From positions 5,270,001-5,334,000 of the forward strand of contig NC_043009.1 of the NCBI RefSeq assembly GCF_006345805.1: 64,000 bases of DNA, given 5' to 3'. This DNA is from Octopus sinensis (taxonomy: Eukaryota). Positions 41,011 to 54,822 of the stretch are shown here, piece by piece. Within the stretch, counting starts at the first letter, position 1, and every line of letters begins with the position of its first letter. Position numbers and translations under genes: made by a program. The notes below the pieces were generated by a model. The model did no database searches and had not been told where the DNA came from. It saw nothing but the letters and a program-made list of their open reading frames with translations.

Positions 41011-43016
41011 TTTTTAGATGTGTAGTGAGTAAGGAAACCATCTGAACCAATTTGAATGTCAGAGTGCAGCATATTGATTTGCTACATGAATTCGGATTGT
41101 AAAATCATTTCTATCATTACAGAGTAATATAAAGGGATAATCTATATGCTATTCGTGAAGGTCGAAGCAGGGCGTAAATGGTAGCTTTCGTCGCTCGTGG
41201 TGAGTTGCATTTCAGTAAATTTTAATTATATAAACTTACGAGGGTGCTAAACTGATTTTTAGGATGAAAGGTTAGATAAGAAATTCGGATGTTTTAAATA
41301 ATTTAGATAATGTAGTAGTTTGTGAAATCTCAAGTCTACTCTATAACTGATTACTTTCAATGCGTATCTGTAAGAGTTGGTTTCACGATGAAAAGTGTAC
41401 CTACGAACTGTGTTTTTTGTTTGTCGTCATATTGTCTCTTAAATCATGGCTGGCAAAGTTAACATTACATTACGAGAAGAGCACTTATTATTATAACGTT
41501 GCCATATATCTGTTGAAAAAAAAAACTTCCTTGTAACAATTCATTATGTTAATAATGAAATATTTTGTGAACTAACTGCCATTATCAAAATGGCGTTTGA
41601 AATGATAAATTAATATGAAATGTTGCATTCAAACTTTTGTTTAAATTCCTTCAATATAAGAAGATTGTATGACAGGACTAGGAGATATTTCGAGTAGTTG
41701 GTAACAAAGGAGTTCTTCGAATACACATTTAGTAATTGATTCTTTATAAATTAAGTAAATGCTTGAGCTTTAAATACATATTCGAGACAGCAACAGAAGA
41801 CAAGATATAAAAGTTATCAATTTTTCTGCAAATCTTCGTTAAACTTATAATCATATCATAAATCTTATCATCCACCTACAAGTTCCAATAATTACTTTAA
41901 TGTTTCAAGATGATTGCTATGAATAGTTGTACTTATAAACCGTGGACACTGTAAATTTGGGCACCAACTATCGATGATTAAAATCAGATATTGGTCTTGT
42001 TCAATGCATTGTGGGAACCAGCTACTCTTCACTAAAGTCTAACATGTCGATTATCGGTTATTTGACATTGATTTCATTACATTAGATTTAAAGTAAATTG
42101 TTCACAGATGGATCGAATCTATTGACCAGGTTTGATTGCGATATGTCACTCTACTACCGATAGATATTATATCGATGTTTGATTGATGAGAACCAAATTG
42201 AATCTAGTTCAGCTGATCGGTGTACATAAATGTATTGCATATTCATTTGCACCTTAATGTTGCAATTTCTGAACAAAAAATTTGTTCGGTATAAACTTCC
42301 AACGTACAAACATCTACTACACTAAATTCTTGACGGGTAAATGGTAAGACACTCAATTGTTTTTATGTTTATCACTGATACACACGCGCGCGCGCATATG
42401 AAACTGTTCCATCCAGTTTTCACCTCTAATGATATTCGTTTACATGTATCTCTGGGACTGTATAGAAGGTATTATCCGAAAAATGCCATTCGTTTTTCGA
42501 TACTTCGAAGCTTAATGTTTAAACTAGATTTTGCCATTTCTTTTCATATAATTTTGCCATTTTTATCGAATACTTCCAGGTCTCTTGAACTCATAAACGT
42601 CCGTAGTAGAAGGTAGATCAGGCAGTGCACCATAATATTGTCTACATCTACACATTCAAATGTGGTTGGGAAGGTCATGTACTCGACTCTAACCAAAACA
42701 ACATTTAATTATTCTCGTATAGTTTCAGGAGGTTAAGTAAGTTCCATTGTAATCCTGGTGCTTCTTAGCTAGGAAAATGGTCTTCAGCAGGAGAGATTAC
42801 TGCACCATTTCAGGAGGGTCAATCTCATGCATAGCTAGAGTCTAGATTCATCCAAAAATGTTAAGACGTCAGTTCTAGAGCAAGACGTTGACGTTCATTA
42901 CTAGTAACCTTTGTTACCCAGGCTCAACTCGCCGCTAGCGGTCTGATATCCACAGGGGTAATGCTAATGAAGAAATGCATATGTTTTTTATGTGTTGGTA
43001 ATCTGTGATGCGGCTG

Positions 43017-46000
43017 CATATAATATAATATAATATAATGAAATTATTGTATACAGTGCTCAGGTGCATCACAACTTGTCAGAAAGTGCATATAAAGTAC
43101 ATGCAGTAATGTAAAAATGTCTGGAAAGCGAACAATGTATGAGTCAGATACATGCCTGAAAATCAGGTGTAGTGTTGGCGAATCTCAGAAAGCATGGAAG
43201 TTTTGAAGGATGCAGTGCTCCGACAACTAACAACTGATGCCGGCAGTTTGTTCCATGCTTCAGCAACTCTCAGCGTGAAAAATGTTTCCTGAAGTCATGG
43301 GAGCTGTGTTGTTTTCTGACTTTGTAAATATGTCCACGGGTGTTAGATGGGTGGAGTTTGAAAAGGTGCTCAGAGTTATTGTTTGTACGATGGTTGATAA
43401 TTGTATGGGTGTCTGCTAAGTCAGCTGCCAGACGTCGGAGTTTCAATGAGTCCATGCCCAGGGAAGTAAGGCGTTCAGGATATGGAAATTGCCTGATGGA
43501 GGGTATTCTTTTGGTTGCACGTCTCTGAACAGCTTCCAGACGATTGATATCCTGGGCAAGATAGGGGTTCCAGACCGGTGATGCAAATTCCAGGTGAGGT
43601 CTTACCATAGCTATATAAAGCCGCAGATATATAGCCGGAGAGCGGCTCACAAAGGATTTGGTGAGTGATGCCAAGACACCCTCAGCCTTCTTGACAATTT
43701 TAGCGATGTGTTTTGTCAAACGCAAATCACTGTCGACAATAACACCCAGGTCACGTTCACATGAAGACTTTTTGAGACTAGTGTTGTGGAGGGAGTAGGT
43801 GGATGCTGGGTTTCTCCTCCCAAAATGCATGGTGGTACATTTGTTCACAGCCAGCTTGAGTTGCCAGTCCATGATCCACTGCTGCATTGTGTCCAAGTCT
43901 GCTTGCAATAGAGATCTATAGTGTACAGGATTTGACCTCTATATTTCGAGGTACAGCTTGATGTCATCTGCATATTTCAGCACTGTGACATTCTTTAAGT
44001 TGGCATCTATGTCATTAACATATGCAACAAATAAAAGGGGGCCAAGAACAGATCCCTGTGGTACACCAGATGTCATCTCATAGGGCGAGGAGTGCTGTCC
44101 TAGAACAGTGACAACCCATTTTCGGTTGAAAATAAAGGACGTCAACCAGTTATAGAGTTCGTCTCTTACACCCAACGCAGAAAGCTTCACCATAAGTCTT
44201 TTGTGTGGCACAGAGTTAAAAGCCTTAGCAAAGTCCAGGTAAACAACATCCACCCAGGATCCGCGATCAGTAATTTGGGTAATGTCCTCAAGAAACTCGA
44301 TGAGTTGATTACAGCAGCTGGAGTTAGGAATAAATCCGAATTGTGACGGCTGGATGAGGCTGTGAGACTTCCAGAAGTTCCAGAGGGTTTCTCCGATACA
44401 GGATTCCATCAGTTTGGCAATGCAGCTAGTAATACTGACGGGGCGATAGTTGACAGGCGATGTGCGGTCGCCTTTTTTGAACAGAGGGATGACACTGGCA
44501 GTTTTCCACTGTTCTGGAGTAACACCATTGTCAAGACAGAATTGGAAGAATAGAGAAAGTTGGCTTAGAAGAAAGTACCTACCGCGTTTGAGAAGTAGGT
44601 ATGTAACACCATCGAGACCAGGAGAGGCATAATTGCGTTTATTCTTAAGGTGGTGTTGCAGCATTGCTGGTGTAAATTGCATAATAGATATGGAGTCCGA
44701 TGTCAGTGGTGATGAAGATGGAACATTTTGGTCTTCGACAGTCAAGATGCCGGCATAACATCCAGCAATGATTTCTACACATTCTTCGGGATTGCCAGTA
44801 ATCTGTCCTGTGTGGGGATTGCGAAGGGGACCAACTGGAGAGTGGAGTCTCTGCTTTGAGTGCACATACTTCCAGAACACTTTTCTGACAGGGTTAGCTG
44901 CAATGCATTGTTCAAATTCAAGCACTGCCTTTTTTGTCACCGGCTTGAGGTGGTTGGCTGACCTATTGCGCTTTTTCCTGTTGGTCTCTGATTTGTGCAA
45001 TTTGTATTCCTGTTCAGCATTACGGCGTTCTCTCCCGGCAAGTCGGACTGCTGCAGTCTCCCAAATTGCACTATTGGGTGGTTTTTTGTGCTTGCGTGGT
45101 ACTGATGCTGCACACAGCTGAGATCCTTAGCTGTGTTTCAAATGAATGCCTGCAGATCTACCACATCTTCCGGCACTCCGATGGCTATTAATTCATGAGT
45201 GGCTGGTTCAGCAACTCCCTCGATGCGTTGACGTTCTGTACAAGCTACAGGTAAGTTGCTGAGCAGGGCACTCCGATATGACCCTTCGGTGCGAGTTTTC
45301 GGACAGACACTGGTTCTGAGTCCTGCTACTTCACGACTCAAAGCAGAAATCATTCGTCTAATTTCTGCAACTTCTGTGCTGATGGTCGATCTCTGCTTTA
45401 GTTGGGAAGCATCAGGAGAGGAAGGCATGGTTGGTTTTTGTTCCTGCTGATGTACTTCAGATGGAATGATCAATTTTTGTTGTCGAAGAGCAATAGGGGA
45501 GGAAGACATAGGGGGTTTAAGTTTCTGTTTTTGTTGTTCTTCAACATGAATGGCCGATTTTTGTTGCTGCTGTTGAAGAGTGACAGGGGAGGAAGACACG
45601 GGCGGATTCAGTTTTTGCTGTTGTTCTTCATCAACAGGACTGGTTTGGGGAGACAAAGTAGTCGGTTTTTGCTGTTCAGCAGCAATGGCAGCGGAAGACA
45701 CGGTTGTCGGGATTTGTTGTTGCTGTTCAGCAGCAATGGTGGCAGGGGACACACAAGTCGCCACACAAGTCAGGCAATGAAGTTTATCCATCATAGAAGT
45801 ATGGTGTCCTTTCTTTTGACCTGGGATCTTCTGAAAGTTTGTGGCACATTGAAAGCAGATCGAAACACGACATTTACTGCATTCAACCCATTTACTTGGG
45901 AAGGAATTTTCGAGTTTTGTGCATAGATGACAGATGTGATTTGCCGGGCAACGTTCTATTGTAGGACAGCTTTGTCGCATGGCTCATCCGCGGATGATAC

Positions 46001-46280
46001 CATGGCAGTTTTGTTCTGTCTGCCCATCCGTACTGTGGTGCAAGGTAAACAAAGAAAGAAGGAAAGAAAGAAGAGAAAAAAAAAGTGAAGATACAGCACA
46101 CTTGTTTGGGAGATAAATAAGATGTTTATTATTTGTTGTTGTTATTGCTGTTAACTGTTTTCGCTTTCCCCATTGTATGTTCATAAGTAGTTGAAGTTCC
46201 TTGGCATAGATTGATCTCCCACCTGTTTGTCCAACTGACTGAAGAATATCACGCGACCAGAGTCGAAGAACATAATGTGC
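43017..46280 (-). mobile_element. CR1-group LINE with PHD-like ORF1 and RT but no endonuclease
   Basis: ORF1 Cys/His-rich N-terminus (45138-45980); RT NYRPVSITS, YLDFAKAFNSV, SGVPQGSVLGP, YADDIK (43939-45000); C-terminus 43270-43908; (ATTAT)n tail; 5' limit approximate. Confidence 0.9.
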
Positions 46281-47361
46281 GTATAATGGCTCTCCGATAT
46301 GATTTAACCATTTAGAATGTTGTTTCGGGAATCAACTTTCCATTTGGAGTGATTCATGTTAAGAGGTCATAGTAAGAGGTTAGTTGGCTTTACGATTTCT
46401 AGAGCTGAAAGGGAAGTTTGCTTTTACTCTTTCTTTCTCTACAATTAAGCTACGATGTTGCCCAAGTTCAATGGGTGTATACATTCAACTAAGGAAAATA
46501 TTCTGTGCTAGCACAGAATATCGTATCTTCATTTCTTTTTCTCGAAGTGTTGATTTCTTTTGGTGGAGGGGAAAGTCATGATTATTGCTGCGTTCTGACT
46601 TCAAATCATACCAACGTCATGCTTTTATTTCATTGTTTTAGTGTCTATAGGTATAGTAGCATACCGAATTAGTGGCTTGATAAATTCATATCCCCGTATG
46701 CGGTTATACGTCCAGTATTTTTTCCGATTCATTAATAGGTCCTTGCAGAAATCGTTTCTTGATGTGAGGATGTGAAGGATGGGAGAGAGGGTGATTTTTG
46801 AAACGCAAATGCAAGGGGCCGGAAGAAATACTGCTGAGCCCCTGAACAGACGCTTTAACGTGCAGTAATTTTACTGATATAGTTATATAGAAATTGTTAT
46901 ATAATTGTATGTATATTAAAATTATAATTTAGGGTATCTAAGAGATACCACCATGCTGGAAATAGCAGCCAAGACTTGACTCTAAAACCACATAAAATAT
47001 TCGCATAAGCACCAGGAGAGAAGACAAAGAGAGAAAATAAACTAGCAAAAAATTACTGGATATTTCCAGATATCGGATTTCTGGCTCTGCATAGGAAATG
47101 CCTGGCCTTCATCAGAGGAATATACTCAGATAGCACATAAATACAAATATATATATATATATACATACAACTTACGATATACTTACATATACGAACGTAT
47201 ACATGCATATATATGCACGTATGCACACGACCAGTTTAAATTGCCTGCCTAAAGCTCCTCGTGTGATATGGTCAAAATACCACCGCAGTGAATATAATGA
47301 CAAAATAAGACATCCTTATTTATATAAATTTATACATGTATGTATATACGTATATATATTC

Positions 47362-47546
47362 TTTTTTTTCTGGCGAAGGCCTGTTTATGGGGTTACCCTG
47401 GGTTTCCCGTCCATAACGGCTTTATCTTTATGGCGTATCGTCAGACTCCGAGATCTCATGCCCTGACGATACACAATAAAGTTAAAAATTTTATGGACTG
47501 GAAACAGAGGGTAACCCCCATAAACGGTTTCTTCGCTAGAAAAACA
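47362..47546. repeat. About 185-bp imperfect palindrome of two divergent HHR-bearing arms
   Basis: Centred on GAGATCTC (47450-47457); each arm carries CTGACGAT..GAAAC..GGGTAACCCC. Confidence 0.8.
47389..47449 (-). ncRNA. Type I hammerhead motif
   Basis: GGAGU-CUGACGA-UA-CGCCAUAA..UUAUGGACG-G-GAAA-CCCAGGG-UA-ACCCC. Confidence 0.65.
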
Positions 47547-48760
47547 TAGACTTCTCCACTTAGAGTGTGATTCTCCGGATTTATGTTTTTCTAAAAAACC
47601 ATGTACACACTATTGTGTCTGGGGAGAGTCATTGTCTTTTAATACCCTATGACTTAAAACACTCACCGGTAAAATTTCCACTAATTTCTTTTATTTTTCT
47701 AAAATTTTCGTTGCATTTTGCAACCTTTTCAATAGTTTTGACTGTTCGTTATTCACTCTACGTTTCTTTTTGTTTGTTTGTGCGTATGCGTGTGGAGGGG
47801 GTAGTGTTTATGTAACTACACATGCATCTATGATATATATGCATGCATGTGTGTATACGTATGTATTTTGTGTGTGCATATGTGTATATGCATGTGTGCA
47901 TATTTGTACGTATGTATTCTGCATATTTATGTGTTTCCGTGTCTCTCTGTGTTTTTATGTATGTGCGTGTGTGTGTGTTTGTACATGTGTGTGTGCACCT
48001 CTGTCTCCTTGTGTGCATATCTGAGTATGTATGTGTTTTGCGACCATGTACCGTGCTTGCATGCATGGATGTGTATCTCCCTATGTTTGGAAGTGTGTCA
48101 CTATATGTCTCCTTCTGAAATGTAACGTTTGTGTGTATCTATGGTCATATGTTTCAGTCTCCATTGGTGTATGTGTGCGTATATGTGGTTGTCTGTTCAT
48201 ATATCCTAAGTTCCTATCCGTCTGTTTGTTGATGTTTACATTCATATCCATGTTTATATACATGTGCATATATAAATATATATATATATATATACATACA
48301 GACATGCATACATCTGTTTACATAACAGCCCACTAACTATTCTACTCTACCTGTGTAAACTGTGGGTATGGGGTATCATATCTACTATGTATCTTTGCTA
48401 TGTAGTATTGGGGAAGTTTCATTTATGAGGACGTACTCATGTATTTGTCTGAGTGTTGGGTCCTTTGGGTGCTTGGATAAGATGCGGATGTCAAGTTGAC
48501 CCAGGTTTCCTCAATGTTGGTGCGTGGGATATTGGTAGAGTATGGAGGACTGTTTTTTGTCGTAATATTGTCTGAAATGTTCATTTAGTTGTTTCGCAAT
48601 ATTCCTAGATGTCTCCCCTATGTATGTCATGTTTATGTGTTTACAAGCACCTTCTATGCATTTTATCCTGTAAACTACATTTCAAGTTGTACAGTTAATG
48701 CCAGGGCTAACCCTACATACAATGCAGTTATCATTGGTGCATATGGTATTCTCGAAGAGG

Positions 48761-49133
48761 TGGAAGCACTCCGTCGGTTACGACGACGAGGGTTCCGGTT
48801 GATCCGATCAACGAAACAGCCTGCTCGTGAAATTAACGTGTAAGTGGCTGAGCACTCCACAGACACGTGTACCCATAACGTAGTTCTCAGGGTGATTCAG
48901 CGTGACACAGAGAGTGACAAGGCCGGTCCTTTGAAATACAGGTACAACAGAAACAGGAAGTAAGAGTGAGAAAAAGTTGTAGTGAAAGAGTACAGCAGGG
49001 ATCACCACCATCCCCTGCCGGAGCCTCGTGGAGCTTTAGGTGTTTTCGCTCAATAAACACTCACAACGCCCCATCTGGGAATCGAAACCGCGATCCTACG
49101 ATCGCGGGTCCACTGCCCTAACCACTGGGCCAT
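48761..49133 (-). mobile_element. tRNA-derived SINE (family B) inserted in the PLE
   Basis: TGGCCCAGTGG / GTTTCGATTCC boxes; PLE protein motifs resume on both sides. Confidence 0.9.
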
Positions 49134-49392
49134 CATACATCATACATAGTAGTAACCTGACGGATGTCCCTGGCGTTTCAAAAATTTTAATGCTGAGTTT
49201 GATCTCCTTCGGAGCTTTTCTAAATCTGCGTTCCAGTTCTCCATGGGATGTGGCCTCTACAACCATCACTCCTTGATATTTGTCCGTTTTATACCACATA
49301 TTCATTCTTTGCTTTGTCACAAGTTCATTTTATCCTATTCCAGTCTTCGTTTCTATATCTAGGGTATTTACCACTGGTATCATTACGTATAA

Positions 49393-49787
49393 TCTTTATA
49401 TATAAAAGTGAAGTTGTGTGTCTGTCTCCTACGATTTAGATTCCTAACTACTCCCACATTTTGCAGTGCAGTTTAACCAAAACCGGGTATCTTATAGTCG
49501 TGATTCATATCGAGCCCTTCTGGGTATTAGCGTGCGTCTATGATGAGACTACGATTAAAAAAAATTACCATCATTTTTTCCATTTTAATGCATTTTTTTC
49601 ACTATTATATAAGGGAAGTAACTCTCTAAAAATGTCTAAGATGAGTCAACGATTTAAAAAAAAATTTACCATCATTTTTTCTTCCATTTTTATTGCATTT
49701 TTTGCTATTTTTGGGCTATAACTCTCTAAAAATGCTTATATAGTTATTTCCCTTACAAACTCAAGCAACGCCGGGCGATACTGCTAG
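49393..49787 (+). mobile_element. Non-autonomous Helitron inserted in the PLE
   Basis: 5' TC(TTTATATATAAAAG), 3' GC-rich CAACGCCGGGCG then CTAG, inserted between A and T, no TSD; PLE motifs rejoin across it. Confidence 0.85.
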
Positions 49788-50904
49788 TGTTATCTAATTT
49801 CCTTCTAGCACCCCTGTATACTCGAACCCTATCATTGTAATCATATCCAGAGAATTGTATGCGGTGAATGAAGTTCTGTATATGTTTTTTCGTTTCATAG
49901 TGTTCTCATAGTGGAGACACGTTGATCATTATCCTAACTCAGTCTGCTATCAGTATGTTCATTTCAATGTTGTGTAACAGAGCTGAGTTCTGGTGAACAA
50001 CATATTTTGAAGCTATGGGTTTCATGTAATAGGAGTACAGGAGCTGCACTTTATTGTTCGCAGTCTCTAACCAAAATTCAGCATGAAGTACGGCGAGTTT
50101 ATCGTTGGCGTGCTTAGTGGGGTAATCTATAGTCACCTTGATACTTTGGTGAATGAAGTTAATTATTTGCTGGATGCTCTCCATTACGTTACTCTCAGTT
50201 TCTACACTACGGTTACTAGTGTTGGTCCTAACTATGATATTAATGTCATCTACATTTCTACTGTAGAGTAAAATAGTTGTGGACTGTTCTGCTAACATAT
50301 GCTTAAGTTTTCTGTTCCACCAAGTCATGAAGAATCCGGCCACATCTCCAGCTACACCGACACCGATGGCTGCACCGTGAACCAGGCATGTATAATCTTT
50401 TGTTAAATTTTACTCTGTGATTCTCCAAGGTGGTTTTAACGCTGGCCCGTATTGAATGTGCAGTCATATCTTTCACCTGATTGTTGTTCTCAGTGCTCTG
50501 GGGTGTTTTTCTTCACTGCTGAAGTGATGCTGGGCCGTCTTCACCTCTGTAATCTGGCGGGGCAGAATCTACTGAGGTCAAGGTCATCTAAATAGTCACT
50601 GGCGTAGGTTGGTCTGAAGAGGAGTCCCAGTTCTCTCGCGTTGACCTTACGGAACTCCACCTCACTCTCACAGAATACCTAAATGCATTTCTCCATAGCC
50701 AAATCTATGTCTATAGATGGGTAGAGTGAAATCACATCCATACTACCCACTACAGAACTGTGAAGTCTTTTGAATGGTTGCAAATACTGATTTTACTAAG
50801 ATCTTCCGTGCTCACACAGACATCTGGAGATATCTCTATGAGAGGTCGTAATACCTGTGAGAGGAGGTAGGAGAGTCTATAGTTGCTGGAGACATTCGCT
50901 CTTG

Positions 50905-50996
<92 letters not shown>

Positions 50997-51339
50997 CATA
51001 TATGAATTGCGAAATTCATATATTTAGACTCAGGATGCCCAGAGCAAAGGAAAAAATACATGTTCTACTATTCGAACGCTAAGAAATTTCCTAGAAGTGG
51101 ATCAGAAAAAATGCCATAGTTTCCATTGGACACGGCGTAGTTGATAGAATAGACCCCAGAATACGCTGGTATGTAATTGAACTGAGAATGGAATGAATAG
51201 AATTTAAATTCTATAAGTGACTTAATCCAAAGCCCTGCTTTTCAGCAAACATATCAAGGTAATATACAGAATTATTACAAGGTATAGCAACTCTTTTGAG
51301 AATACATTCAAGATTGAATTCTTGGAATGGATTGAAACG

Positions 51340-51760
51340 CGTTAAAAGTGAGAAGAGGCGATTTTGGAATAAATGATTTGAGCTGACAGGGAAAAATAGG
51401 ATTACGAAACAAGATTAATGAGAAAATAATGAGAAATTTGTTTACGAGACTCAAACCCGAGATTAGGTTTTCTTTAAGCTTTAAACGAGTTGCTTGAGGA
51501 AACTACCAAGTAGTATGACTGGGAGAAAGAATTCAGAAACCATTGGGGAACACAAATGGAAAATGAATGCTGATAAAAAAAGCAAAAACAATGAAAATGA
51601 AAAAAAATATTGAAGGAACGATTAAGTGGTAGGAAAAACTTTAGATTTATGTTTAAATGTTGCACATCAGCTTTAGGTTTAAATCATTCAGGGTTTAAGA
51701 GGATTATTTTATCAACATATGGGAATCTTTTCGACAAAATATTGCATATGGATAAATTAT
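51340..51760 (+). repeat. Old diverged repeat, second copy inverted at about 60420-60780
   Basis: AATGATTTG..CTGACAG.GAAAAATAGGATTA..TTTGTTTAC..TTAAGCTTTAAAC..CTGGGAGAAAGA..AAACCATTG shared. Confidence 0.65.
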
Positions 51761-52045
51761 GGTATCTTAGTGAAAAGGAATGTCATAATTGGCTCTGGTA
51801 AGTTCGTATGAGAAAAAATAAAATGGAAAACCAATACGATACTATTCAACAGGTTTACTGAAAGAACGAATAAGAAATAAGGTATAAAAAAACGGAAAGA
51901 GATGTATCATATGTAAAGATTGACTATGTAATGAAATCTTTAGATCTGGGATATTTCAAGAACTGCGGCATTGAGAGCTTCTGAAAATATTTCAATAGAT
52001 GCGAAAAGATAAATGCAACAGTAACATGTCACTCTACCCATAATG

Positions 52046-52143
<98 letters not shown>

Positions 52144-52159
52144 AATAATAATATTAATG

Positions 52160-52192
<33 letters not shown>

Positions 52193-52379
52193 GTAAACTT
52201 ATGATAGTAGTAGTAGTAGTAGTAGTAGCAATTACTGTTGCTGTTGTTGTGGTTCATAGTAGAATAATACCAGCACACTTAGGATCAAACTCTTCCCAGT
52301 CATGACCATCACGTCTTACATCAGGGGACAAGTATGGTGGAATGGTCTCGCTTTCGATTTTAACACCAGTGACTAGTTC

Positions 52380-52650
52380 TAGATTTATCAGCATCGGTTT
52401 CTTCGTTTCTTCTTTCTATCAAATATTTTATTCATATAATAGCTGTCCTCCACTGTAGCCTCGGGCCGAGCAAGTTCTTCAGAGTGGATTTGGTAGACGA
52501 AAACTAAAAGAAGCCCATCATATACATATGTGTGTGTGTGTGTGCGCGTGCGGATGTATCTGTGCTCGTCTTCCATCACTGCTTGGCAACTGGTGCTGAT
52601 GTGTTTTTGCCACCGTAATGTAGCGGTTCGGCATAAGTGATTTTTGTCTA
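52380..52650 (-). mobile_element. SINE family C, partial
   Basis: TAGCCTCGGGCCGA..GTGGATTTGGTAGACG..AAAGAAGCCC core reads in the same direction as 61858-62230, so strand assignment is uncertain. Confidence 0.5.
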
Positions 52651-52711
52651 TACTAAAGCTATTCATTCATATAAAAATACTTGTATCCCTAAAGCGTAAT
52701 AGTAGTGTTAT

Positions 52712-53125
<414 letters not shown>

Positions 53126-53184
53126 CGACCGCCATTCTGCTACCCTAACTCCTGCGCCATTGCTTCTCCAACGATGCTACTACC

Positions 53185-53315
<131 letters not shown>

Positions 53316-53341
53316 TAATAATAATACTACTACTACTACTT

Positions 53342-53666
53342 GTTGAAGTATCGCCATTATCTATCCCCCTAGAGCATGCTTATTTCTTTAGAAAGTGCTT
53401 TATTTTGAAGTTTGGTGGCAACAAGTCTTCTCAAACTTGCAGATTCTTTCTGAGGATTTTCACAGAATATAGAATCTTATTTTTCTGCAGGTTAACAAAG
53501 CGAGTTTCAATTTCAGCCTCTTTCAATCTTTAAGGTAGCATTTTCGGGGTTGTGCCAAGTGCACTAATTACTGCAGGAATAATTGTTGCTTTAGTCTTCC
53601 ATACTCCACACAATACTCTGGCTAGATCCTGATATTTCTTAACTTTTTCTATTTCTTTGTGTGCAA
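53342..53666 (-). mobile_element. Dong/R4-clade LINE 3' end (restriction-like endonuclease tail)
   Basis: KEIEKVKKYQDLA..IIPAVISALG..NLQK..KILRK. Confidence 0.8.
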
Positions 53667-54057
53667 CATAGTGATTTCATATCAAGATTAAACAGCGCAT
53701 GAGCTTGCAGGTGGGGCCCAGTTAGAATTTTCTTTTGGTCGAGTAACCCATCCCGCTCAAAAGGTCCCTGAATAAGGATTCTTTAAGGATGTTGAACGAA
53801 ACACCCATGGTTCCAAAGGTGAATTATTCAAGCCCCAAAGAATCCTTTCAACACATGGCTATAATGCTACCCCCCTACTTCTGCTTGTGATCAGAGATGC
53901 ACATATCGTCATCCACTAAGTGACATGGTCAACAGGTTAATGTCAAACAACTGACAAGCAAATCTCGTGGTATTGAGCAGAATATTTGCTGTAGCCCATC
54001 TTTTATACCAAGACAAAACTATGCACATGATAACACTTCGAATCAGTTAAGATCAGA

Positions 54058-54099
<42 letters not shown>

Positions 54100-54555
54100 T
54101 GAGTAAGGTTACACTTGATTACTGATCATGTATCAAGGACCCTGCGGAGGAAAGATTTTTGTCTCGGTGTTCTATCCTTACATTCGGTCCAATGTTTTTG
54201 AGCCATGTTATTATTTGAACACCAATACTTCCAAGTGCACCAATCCCTTGTTCCTTAATTGCCCGCAACCTGCACATTTCCCTCTTCAATTCCTCATGGT
54301 TGTTCACTTCTCCTTTCTCTTCAATTCTTTTGTCACTAGGAAATGTTATCTCAATTATCAGGCATATTTTCTTTTCTTTTCTGTTCACTAAAAAATGCCA
54401 GGATTTTGCTGGTGAATCTGATGGTCACTGTGAATCATTAATATCCCTCATGATTTTGCTATCCTCATTCTTAGTAACTACTTCTGGCATTTGGTCATAC
54501 CATTTCATTGATTTTTTAGGCCATAAATTCCACAAAGTCTTTTATACCAAGACAA

Positions 54556-54586
<31 letters not shown>

Positions 54587-54773
54587 CTTCTTCTTCTTCT
54601 CTTCTTCTTCTTCTTCTTCTCTTCTTCTTCTTCTTCTTCTTCTCCTCCTTCTTTTCTTCTTCTTCTTCTCTTCTTCTTCTTCTTCTTCTCCTTCTTCTTC
54701 TTCTTCTTCTCCTTCTTCTTCTTCTCCTTCTTCTTCTCCTCCTTCTTCTTCTTCTTCTTATTATTATTATTGC

Positions 54774-54822
<49 letters not shown>

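Larger units (their letters stand above)
48395..50903 (-). mobile_element. Penelope-like element (Neptune-like) RT + GIY-YIG ORF, 5' truncated, two nested insertions
   Basis: GSMDVISLYPSID, IGVGVAGDVA, YSRNVDDI, YYMKPIAS, FSGYD, WYKTDKY, then CIVC..NVVYRIKC..YIGETSRN..EH and RQIHEYVLINETSPILHSK. Confidence 0.9.

Noticed and set aside
41178-41205. Apparent first exon ATG GTA GCT TTC GTC GCT CGT G|GTGAGT
   Set aside because: Nearly the same string (ATGTAGCTTTCGCGCCCGTG) occurs at about 1558-1578 in a repeat-like segment; no supportable downstream exon.
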